Assembly (NCBI RefSeq): GCF_902713615.1
Contig: NC_052152.1
Location: 85,821,228 to 85,885,227 of the forward strand
Length of the DNA stretch: 64,000 nucleotides
Source: Scyliorhinus canicula
Lineage: Eukaryota
Reading direction: 5' to 3'
Shown here: positions 11,690 to 21,843 of the stretch, one piece after another
Numbering within the stretch: position 1 is the first letter of the stretch
Layout: each line of letters starts with the position of its first letter
Notes under the pieces: generated by a model
The model's input: only the letters and a program-made list of their open reading frames with translations
Told to the model about the DNA's origin: nothing
The model's database searches: none
Position numbers and translations under genes: made by a program

Positions 11690-12450
11690 GTCTGTCCTTT
11701 AGTGCTAATTTCCCTTTATAATTGGTCACCATCTGTGACTCCCTCATTTAAAAAAACAAAACAAATTTCAGGACAAGACACACTTAAAAATACTGAAACA
11801 GTGCGAGCCGTCTCGCAGCCTGTGCGATTTACCATCCAAATGTTTGAGGATGTAAATAGCAGGAGGGGTGGCAACTGAAGGGTCACCTGAAAACAAAACA
11901 AAACTTTTTGAACCAGAGTGCTGAAATGAGGTGCGTATGAGCCGCGACGGGTAAGAGTTGGATGGAATCCCCGGGTAGGGCATGCTGTGCTGTACCCGAG
12001 CTTAGCTGACCAGAGGGAGGGGTGCTCAGACAGGGCGGGAACCACTGCCGTTTCTCCACTGCCTGAGTAACCGATAAGAACGGGCAAGAATGTAGTCATC
12101 GTGGGGGGTTGCTGTAAAGGTTCTACTATCAAACCAGAAGAGCAGTTATGAACAGGGTTCTGGCAAGCTCTCAGTGGTGTCTGCTGAGAAGTGGATCCTC
12201 AAATCAGAAGAGCAGTTACGAATAGGGATCGGGCAAGCTCTCAGCGGTTTCAGCTGATAAGCATGCCGGCAAGTTTTCAAAGGTTTCTGCGGACAAATGT
12301 GGCGTGTGGCCGTAGAAGCGGTTTAAACTGAAACAAAGAACATTTGACAAACATAAACAAACAAACATGCAATGAATATCGTGCAGGTTCCATCAGAAAG
12401 GACACCGATTCTCTCTCAAGCGGTTCCTTTTTAAAACATCATCTGGACAC

Positions 12451-15400
12451 TCAGTTATCTGTTGCGAACAGGGTCGCAAAGGGATTCTCGTTTTGGGAGT
12501 CAGACTCAACGTCATCATCTTCTCCCGGATGCCATACTCTTGAATGAATGAGAGTTGCTAAAGCTGCATGGTGTGACCTAGGGTCCATCGCGTCGTTCCG
12601 GATGAGCCTGAACAAATTGTCACGGTGCCAAACAGTCGTGTCTAATTCTGTGGGAACGGAGTTGGGGTTGTCATCGTAGGGCGGTGGTCTTGGGCGAGGG
12701 TTGTTAAGGAATGTGATCAGGAAGGGATCACTCGAGTTGTGGTCAGAGTCGCTGGGAGTGGGGCCTGTTGCATGGGGATAGTAGGAAGGTGTGCTGTCGC
12801 TGAAGTCTGTGTCACAGTCACTGTCTCTGCTGCTGCTGCTTGTGGGCGTTCTGGGGTGGATTCTGGAGTTAGGGGGCGGAGTCGAGGTCGAGTCCGTGGA
12901 TGGGTCGGTCATGCTGGGGGAGGCTAGGGATACGTTTCTTGTGGGCGGGTCGTGGTCTGCTGCGTCGAGCATGACGTGGTGTGCGTGGTTAGACTGCGAG
13001 CCATATGCCTTGAGCTGGTTTATATGAAACCATGCAGTCTTTCCATTGGGGTATTTAATCTTAAACTGAGGGGCTTACTTTGTCCGCAATCGAATACGGA
13101 CCCGAATACTTGGATGACAGGAATGTGCTGGGGTTGTAAATGGAGAGCATAACCTGCTGTCCTACATCAAACTCAGTTGCATGCACTGTCTTGTCGGAAC
13201 AGGCCTTTCTCTGTTTCTTCCTGGTGCCTAGTTTTACTGCGGCTGCTAGCTGAGCCGTTTTAACATTCTCTACTAACTGTTTCACTGCGTTCTCGTGGGT
13301 GAGGGCCGTCACTTCGGGGCTGGTCAAGTCAAGTCCTAATAAAAATTCTGTGCCTTTCATGGGGCGTCCGGTCATGAGAGTATGTGGGGTGTATCCTGTG
13401 GACGTGGATACAGTGTTACGCAAAAACATTAATGCAAAAGGGAGGACTGAATCCCAAGTGGTGTTGTTTTGTTGGACCATTTTTCTGAGAGTTGCTTTTA
13501 GGGTCCGTTTCATTCGTTCCACAATACCACTTGACTGGGGGTGGTATGCGATATGGAATTTTTGGGTGATGCCAAATATCGTGAGGACGTTCTTCATGAC
13601 ATGACCCGTAAAATGGGAACCTTGGTCGGATTCAATGCTGCGGTGGAGTCCCCATCTCGTAAAGATGTGGTGGGTTAAAACCTTAGCTGTAGTCTTTGCC
13701 GTGTTGTCCTGGATGGGAATGCCTCTACCCATTTCGTAAATGTGTCTATAACTACCAACACATACTTGTAACTATTCCTGCAAGGGGACAGTGGTCCTAT
13801 AAAATCAATCTGGAGGTTAGTCCAGGGGCCATCACGGGGTTGGTGTGGCTAAGCTGAGCTTTTTTCGCATGTCTGTCCAGATTGTTTTGGGCACAGATAA
13901 GGCAATTCTCAACATAGTGGGCAATGTCTTCCTTTAAATTCGGCCACCAACAGAGCTGCCTGAGGTGGGCTGTAGTGGGATCAATTCCTTGATGCCCATG
14001 ATTATCGTGAAACAAACACATAAGATGATTCCTGTCCTGTTCAGGAACCACATAAAGGGTGTCTTTTAGGATCACGCCGTCATGTGTGGTCAGTGCATAT
14101 TTAAACTTATCGTATGGGGCTGGGAATTTTCCTTTTAAAATCTCCCTGAGATTACTGTCTTGCTTCTGGGCCTGCACTAAATCTTCGATATTTGACTGCG
14201 AGACCTGAACTGCGTTCACTGGGGCGCTTTCGGGGGGGGTTCCAAAAATGACCATGCCTGGAGCCTGTTTTAGCTAGTGCGTCAGCTTTTACATTTCCAG
14301 GTGGGGGGAAGAACGGTGGTGACTTCGTACTTTAATAATACCAAATATCCTGTCCTGTGCTTTGCCTAAAATGTGGCGGAGCAATAGGGCTGAAGGGAGG
14401 GGTTTATCGTCCGCGGAAACAAATCCTCTTGCTTTCCACAGGGGTAGGAATTCTGTAAGGCTGTTGCAGACATAGAGGCTGTCCGAGTATATGTCTGCTG
14501 GGCTGGGGAAGGAATCTGGGTGATCTACGATATATGCAATGGCTGCCAGTTCTGCCGCCTGCGCGCCTAATTGTCCTGGCAGTTTTAATGAGATTTCTTC
14601 TAGGGCGCGTCCCTGCGCGTCCTCAAGATAGATGCCGCATCCTGTAATGCGTTTCCCGTCTAATATAGTGGAAGAACCATCCACGTATATCCTTAGGGGT
14701 GCGCACGTGTCTGTGTGCTGGGGGCTCTGGGGTGAACTACCTATCTTTCTGGGGGGTGTTTTCGCGATAAAGGGGCCTGTGTTGTGGTGTGGTGAGATGA
14801 TTTCACATTCATGGGGGGTGCCTGGGTACTGGAGGTTGTCGACTAGGAAAGTGTGGGTCTTGGTCCTTTTTACAGTGACGTCCCGTCCCTGCAAAAGAAG
14901 GGTCCATCTGGCTGCTCGGATCTGGCTAACTGTACCGTCCTTTAGTCATCTGTCTAGTAAAAGTTGTGTGGGGGTGTGTTCCGTGAGGATTGTGATGGGG
15001 TTTAGTCCGGTTATATAAGAAAAATATTGAACTGCTCAGAAAACTGCGAGCAGGTGCCTTTCACAGGCAGAAAATCCCTGCTCCACAGGATCTAAAACTC
15101 TGGAGGCATAAGCCACGGGTCTTAACTGTTCGTGCCGTTCCTGGAGGAGCAAGGCTGAAAGGGTGCGGTCTGTGCTAGCTACCTCTATAGCATAGGGGGA
15201 AAGCGGGTCTGGAACCTATAGTGCGGGGGCTGCAATAAGGGATCTTTTCAAAGCATCCACAGCATCCGTATGCTGCGGAAGCCATTCCCAAGGGGCTCCT
15301 TTCTTTAGAAGGTCTGAGAGGGGTGCTGCTTTGGTGGCGAAACCATCTATATGGTTTCGGCAGTAGCCAACCAGTCCTAAAAACGACCGGAGGGCTGAAA

Positions 15401-16674
15401 CATTCTGGGGAAGGGGCAATTTGACAATTGTGTCAATCCTTTTGTGCTCGATCTCGCATTTATCATGCGTGATAATCGTTCCCAAATATACCACTTTGTT
15501 TTCCAAACTTTGGGCCTTCTTGGGGTTCACTTTACATCCAATTTGCTGTAGGAGTTCTAGGCACTCTGACAGAAGCGCGATGTGATCTGCCTTGGTGTCT
15601 GTCTGCAGTAACAGGTCGTCTATGTACTGGGCCAGACATTCGGGGCGAGAAAATTTTGATAAACCATTTGCCAGTTGTCGGTGGAAAATGGAGGGGGAGT
15701 TGTGGAATCCTTGTGGAAGGCATGTCCACGTATATTGCCGACCTTTGAAAGTGAAGGAAAATTTGTACTGGCACGCTTTAGCCAATGGAATTGACCAGAA
15801 CCCATTACTGATGTCCAAAACTGTAAAATATCATGAGTTGAGTCCCTGTTTGAGCATGGTCTCGGGACTTGTGGCTACCGTGGGGGCTGCAGCGGGGGTG
15901 ACTTTGTTGAGTTCCCGGTAATCGATGGTCAGTCGCCATGATCCATCGGACTTTCTCACTGGCCAAATCAGGGCATTATTAGTAGAGGCTACTGATCTAA
16001 GTACGCCTTGCTCTAATAAACTATCAATTACTTTTGAGATTTCTCCCTCTGCCTCTTGGGGAAATCCATATTGCTTTTGGGGTCTAGGGTCAGGTCCTGT
16101 AATTTGAACCGAACCAGCCATCCTGCCACAGTCATGTTTATGACTTGCAAATGCTGTCCTGTTTTTCTGCAGAACTGCCCTAACCTGTTTGTCTGTGCTA
16201 ATCGTGGTCGGGTCAAACCAGAAATCGCCGACAGCGCTAATCTTATTAGCATACTCACCTACTGTGAGCGTTGCGGGGGCTCTTGCTGACTTTGCCATTT
16301 TCCAGACACATTGATTTACTGGGTCAATGACAGGTTGTGGGAGTTCATGAAATCGATGCCCAAAATATGTTCTGCTGTTTGAGGCAGGTCGACTAAAACT
16401 ATGGGGTGTTTTGTTGTAATGGTGCCAATTTGAATGGATGCAGGGGCTGTGATGTGTCCCTGCTGTGAGTAGCCTGTGAAGCCGCTGAGGGTGATGTTGC
16501 TGTAGTGGGCCACGTGTCTTTTTGGAACATGTTGGAGGAATTAATTATGGTGCGGGACCCTCCTGTGTCCCAAAGAAATTCAATGGGCTTGCCCCGTACT
16601 TTCGCTGCAATGACCGGTCGGCCGGACCTATCCCAAAGGGTGTCGCAGACCCAAGTGGGGGAGCCCGAACACCG
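12451..16674 (-). pseudogene. pol: pol: protease, RT, degenerate RNase H (tether), RNase H, integrase and a low-complexity tail; several frameshifts and stops
   Basis: PR FLWDTGGS (about 16570); RT DYRELN, DISNGFW, LPQGFHNSP, YIDD; tether PVAYASR...TEH; RNase H YVDGSS / AAELAA / YSDS / GNVKADALAK; IN HDNHGH..CLIC, IDFIGPL, SDQGSHF, GIVERM, GPY. Confidence 0.93.
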
Positions 16675-18407
16675 TCAGTCTGTTCCGTTCATGTCTGTCT
16701 GGTCTGAACGGACACTTACATTATGAATAGGTTTTGTCCTATTTCTATTCAGAGTGCCTGTCTGCTGGGCTCTCTGTGGCTTTTGTGGGGCATTGCACTC
16801 TCGAGCAAAGTGACCTAATTGTCCACAGTTGTAACACTCCTGTGGTTTCTGTGGGGGGCTGTTTCTACCTTTGTTCACCCATGCGGGGTTCTGGTGCGCT
16901 CTAACTGCTTGGATATCTGCCTCTGCCTGTGCTTCCTCGGGTTTTCTAATCGCGGGTTTATTGTGGACGGATTGCTCCCAAGCGCGGGACAACCTTTTTA
17001 AAACCCATTTTGCGTTGTGTGCTTCTTCTGAGGGGTCATAATTAGCACGAGCTCTTTGTCCTGCCTCTGTGGCATGGGAGATAAGGGTGCAGGTCCATTT
17101 GGCCATGTTTTTTGGGGTCAAATGGGCATGGGTTGAGTCACCGTAAATGGCTGTAAAATGGATCCACAGGCTTCCAGCAAACGTTGTGGGGTGTTCAGTT
17201 TTCTCCTGCCTGCACTTATTCAGGCCTTCTACTGGGTCACCTCTGTTATAACCGATCGCGTCTAGGATCGCCGTGTGCATCTCTGCAAGGGTGCCTCCTC
17301 CTACGTTCTGTGGGTCGGGAAGGGCTGCTACAACAGAAGGGTCTAAGCTTAAAACTGAGCTTCACTTGCTCACGCTCATCCAGGCCGTACATGGTCGCCT
17401 GCTGCTTAACTCTAGCAAAGAATTGGTGGGGGTCTGAGGTGGGGAGGAACAGTGTGATCTTGTTGCACGGATCGCCATAATTGGATCACGGTTAAGGGGG
17501 TTGTGTAAAGAAATTGCGCTTCTCCGTCTGATGTGACTGTGCGGTGGGTGGTGACCGGATTCATGGGTGCCTGATCTATCTGCTCTGTGGGGGGTTGGGG
17601 TGCTTTTCTCTTTTGGGGCTTTCCTTGCGCACATGTTCTCTGAACATATCTATGCGCCGTCTCATTTAGTTCTTGCCAATCAGGGCCGTCTTCTTCATCT
17701 AATTGGGATCCAAAGGTGCTTTGAAACCCACATTGAACAGAAAGCAAAGACTACAGTTCTGCAATCTGCTTCCGGCACTTTGCATGATCCACTGAGCTTT
17801 GTCTCTGCTCCATGGTGGCAGTATGGAGTGCTCTTAATGTTGCTTTTAGATCGCTGCACTGCCTTTGCAATGCCTCTACCTGTTTCTCTGTCTCTTCTCT
17901 TACCAGGACTGCACGTTGCGTGTCCTGATAGGCCTTATCGTATTGGGTTTGGAAGCTGCTCAGATGCGCCAGACAAGACTGGTGTGCCGTCTTGCCATCA
18001 TCCACCTCTCCGTCCTTTGCTGCTAACTTCCTTCTTAACTCTATATTCTCTTTCTCGATCTCACTAACATCGACTTTACTCATTCGATTCCTCTCTTCTA
18101 TCCCTTTGCGGAGCGTCCGAACGACCTCTCGCAATTGTGCCAGACAGGACACGATTGCCATCGGCTTGCGAGCTTTCCCTAAGCTTTTCTTATGGATTTC
18201 GGTCAGCTTCTCCCACCAAGTATGTCCTATACTCCCGTGACCTGTTTCCTCATTTGAACAAAAGTCACTCCAAAGGGGCCATCCCTTCTCTTTGAGGTAC
18301 TTTCTAATCTCAACTTCCCAAACGGGACACTGTCCTACTCTGTTGCTGGTCGCTGCGACCACGAATTCTTGAGGGTGCATGAGGCGTTCCATTGCCTTCA
18401 TGGCCAT
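16675..18407 (-). pseudogene. gag: gag with N-terminal coiled coil and one CCHC zinc knuckle; frameshifted
   Basis: ORFs 17751-18407 (heptad-rich, e.g. EIEKENIELRRKLAAK and VEALQRQCSDLKATL), 17412-17747 and 16675-17280 (CYNCGQLGHFAREC). Confidence 0.88.
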
Positions 18408-18694
18408 TTTTCCTATCTGTGCTCTCTTTTAAAATTTGGAACGAGGGGTACTGAGGCGGTGCTGTAAACACGGGAACGGCTTTTGCTATTTTCCAGAATA
18501 CAAACTCCCGACAGTTTTTCGCCACAAAATCTATCAGTTTTACCTTATCGCCCTGTTAGTAAGCATGTATTAACACACTTCCAAATTATGAGGATTGATC
18601 AGAACTGTTTGAACACTTGTGGTTATTTCTGTTCCCAATTGGATTCTAATTTCAAATTTCTGGGTTCTCTCGGAGTGGGGGGGCCACTTCTAAG

Positions 18695-18717
18695 TCGAGT
18701 CCCGTCAGAGGTCGCCA
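18695..18717 (-). promoter_or_regulatory. Primer binding site, probably tRNA-Arg-like (imperfect)
   Basis: TGGCGACCTCTGACGGGACTCGA begins 5 nt after the 5' LTR. Its complement TCGAGTCCC...GTCGCCA resembles tRNA-Arg 3' ends. Confidence 0.65.
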
Positions 18718-18722
18718 CTAAA

Positions 18723-19555
18723 TGTTGCTAATTTGCAAAGTGTGCTTTACACTTAATTGCTCTGTTTTATAACCTTTTCTCTAGAGTCACCAGATATCTT
18801 TATGATACCACCACGAGGTTCAGGTTCAGGTGCTGCTCAATTACTCAATACACCAGTTAGTAAATTTCAAATCAAAACACATTTATTATATACACAGTCA
18901 ATCGCTACTCATGCATAAAATACTACTCACTAGACTATCTCTAACACTAAAAGGCCAATACTTAGCTTTGGAAACTGGCCCACCAGGTCAGGGGAGCAAA
19001 TGGCCTTTCGTTCGATTCTGAGTCTGCAGGCTTCCAGCTGGTATGGACTAATGGTTAGGTGCGCCTATCTCATAGCGTGCATTGACTGGACACTTACTTG
19101 GTTGGTGCAGCTGCTAGGCAAGTCTCTCCGAGTTGAGAGTCATGGTCAAGAGTTCTTTGAGAGCTGCCAAGAAGCTGTTAGGCCGGTCTCTCCTCGCTGA
19201 GAGCTAAGTGCCAAGAACTTGGGGATTCTAGTTTATAGTCCCCAGGGGCTTCGCGCCCTTGTGGGCGGACCCCATACCTGGTTCCTGTATGTCCGTTGGC
19301 CTTCCTTTGTCTTGGCTCCCGCTGGCGCCGAGGAGTCTGGCTTGGCCTCAATTATCTTAAATGTTTCCAATTGTTCCGGGGGATCGCTCATCAATATGTA
19401 GATGGTTGTTAGTTTCAGTGCTGTCTGGGTTTCTGCAAGTTCTAATATTCAGGAGATTTTGCACCTCCTTGTTTTCCTGCGTTTGGCCATTTCTCCCTGC
19501 ATTCTTAGCGGATCTCCATTTTAAAGTCGAGAAGTGGCCAACCCAGGTGGCTACA
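18723..19555 (-). repeat. 5' LTR (833 bp; 78-bp and 12-bp deletions relative to the 3' LTR)
   Basis: Direct repeat of 9907-10829, adjacent to the PBS. Confidence 0.95.
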
Positions 19556-19810
19556 ACATGTGTTCAGCAACAGAAAGGACTCTGCATCAATGCTATTCAA
19601 AGTTTTAGTTGGAGATTAATTACTGCTGCCTATTGTTGTACAGTTATTTAACTTTGACCAGTCTACCTGGCATGGTGTTGCATGTGGCAAAGGCTTTGGT
19701 TCTGACTTCGAGTTCTGCTTGGCCCACTTGTTCTCAGTCATGGGTGCCACAATTTCCATCCTATTCGGCCGATAGCATGACAGGGGAATTAACTAAAGGT
19801 AAAGTAGGTC

Positions 19811-20450
19811 ATACGAGGAAAGGTTGAGGGTGCTAGGCCTTTTCTCATTAGAACGGAGAAGGATGAGGGGCGACTTGATAGAGGTTTATAAGATGATCAG
19901 GGGAATAGATAGAGTAGACAGTCAGAGACTTTTTCCCCGGGTGGAACACACCATTACAAGGGGACATAAATTTAAGATAAATGGTGGAAGATATAGAGGG
20001 GATGTCAGAGGTAGGTTCTTTACCCAGAGAGTAGTGGGGGCATGGAATGCACTGCCTGTGGAAGTAGTTGAGTCGGAAAAGTTAGGGACCTTCAAGCGGC
20101 TATTGGATAGGTACATGGATTAGGGTAGAATAATGGAGTGTAGGTTAACTTCTTAAGGGCAGCACGGTAGCATTGTGGATAGCACAATTGCTTCACAGCT
20201 CCAGGGTCCCAAGTTCGATTTCGACTTGGGTCACTGTCTGTGTGGAGTCTGCACATCCTCCCCGTGACTGCGTGGGTTTCCTCCCGGGTACTCCAGTTTC
20301 CTCCCACAGTCCAAAGATGTGCAGGTTGGGTGGGTTGGCCATGAAAAATTGTCCAAAATTCTATGATTAACCTAGGACAAAAGTACGGCGCAACATCGTG
20401 GGCCGAAGGGCCTGTTCTGTGCTGTATTTCTCTATATCTATATCTTCTCT
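19811..20450 (+). mobile_element. 3' fragment of CR1 (HER1-like) LINE with a SINE at about 20157-20352
   Basis: ORF 19824-20123 LGLFSLERRRMRGDLIEVYK...RFFTQRVV is a CR1 ORF2 C-terminus; SINE head GGGCAGCACGG at 20157. Confidence 0.9.
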
Positions 20451-21179
20451 ATAAAGCAGGGGGGGGGGGACAAGCTGCTGAAAGAAAGGAGAGGGATTTC
20501 AGCAGGAGGCCATTGTAATGATATGCATAAGCAATTCTGTACGTTAATATGTTAGACCTCCAACCAGCAGGTGGCAGTAGAGTTACACCACGTGACATTG
20601 CAACCTCGGGGAGTCTGAGTGAGGAGTCATCGTGGATAATCGTGTTTTGTATTAGCTCTTGTATTCTAGCTGTTAACAGTTTACAGTTCATTAGTAGTCT
20701 TAGTATTGTTTTCTACCCACATTATTGCAATTTAATAAATCTTAACGAGGCATGAACTAGACATTCTTTGGTGCACTGACTCAATCATTGCAACGCACTA
20801 GAACGTAACAGCCATATCCATTCTGCTTTCAGGGAGCAAATCTCTTAATTCAACCTCAGCGAGGAATAGTGTGTGTGCTGTTTCCGCTTTATGAAGGTGA
20901 TGTTGACTGAAATCTGCCACCACTAGCAGGCAGACCTGCAGCCTCAGAGCAGGACATGGACAGCTCTGCCTGTGGTTTTGAAGGATACCGGACCATGAGT
21001 TTCTTTGCATCGGGGCTGGAAAAAGTAGCATCTCTGACATCTCAACAGTTTGTGATCTTTAGATGTACAAAGGAAGTGACTGATATCCTTACCTGAGGGG
21101 GAAATACATTGCATTTTCCATATCTGGAGATGAGCAGGCACTTGGTTTGACCAGGGTGATGGGTTTTCAGCAGGAGAAC

Positions 21180-21842
21180 TTATCCAATCTGTTTTCAGGG
21201 AACAATTCTCTTACTGCAGCCTTCTGGGGAACAGTGTATGCGAGTGTGTGATCTCCATTTTATGAAGGAGATGCTCAGTGAAATCTACCACCCTAGGGAC
21301 AGGATGCCGTTTACTTCATGCAGGTTGCTTTCGAGGTACTGCAGCAATATGCAGAGATTTGGGCAAAGGTTTTCAGTTGTGACCATGCTCAGCATTTCAC
21401 ACAGATTAATGCGTGCGGTTCAACATAGAGGATGTTTAAAACATAGATTTTCAAAATCACAAGTTGGTGTTTTGCACCAAAAGTCACAAAAGTACAAACT
21501 TTTCCTCTGGGTTTATACCAATGCTGGTAAGAACTCCCTAACAACAATCATGATGTATTTATTCTGCACCAGTCTGCTGTTCCCTCAGTATTTGAACCAT
21601 TACTTCAAGCTGGAAGGTGACTGATGGGCACCATTCCTGCTGACCACTTGGCTCCAGTATACACCCCAAATACACACGATCAGCTTGCATATATCGTGAA
21701 CCTGCCACGCAAATGTCATTACCAGATCATGAGTGTGCTCAGAAAATGCTTCTGCTTCTTGAACCCTAGTGTGGGGGCCCTGCAGTGCTTCGCAGAGCAG
21801 GTTTCGTGATTTGTCATGGCCCTGTTGCACCCTGCACAATGA
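21180..21842 (+). pseudogene. Decayed PIF/Harbinger (HARBI1-like) transposase fragments
   Basis: EQFSY..., LHFMKEMLSEIY, and VLRKCFCFLNPSVGALQCFAEQVS..LHN, compared with the family pattern LK.RFRCLD.SGGALQY.PE...CC.LHN. Confidence 0.6.
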
Positions 21843-21843
21843 C

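Larger units (their letters stand above)
9907..19555 (-). mobile_element. Full-length decayed endogenous retrovirus-like provirus (lokiretrovirus-like, dual RNase H)
   Basis: Two highly similar LTRs (9907-10829 and 18723-19555) with TG...CA ends; ACAT TSD at 9903-9906 and 19556-19559; PBS; PPT; gag-pol domains on the minus strand. Confidence 0.93.

Noticed and set aside
12131-12300. Hammerhead ribozyme or CRISPR-like array in the proviral repeats
   Set aside because: No CUGAnGA...GAAA core in a proper stem context; only 2-3 units without unique spacers; eukaryotic context.
9907-19555. Foamy virus assignment
   Set aside because: A CCHC knuckle in Gag, an in-frame gag-pol junction, a non-Lys PBS and no env/tas/bet region argue against it.
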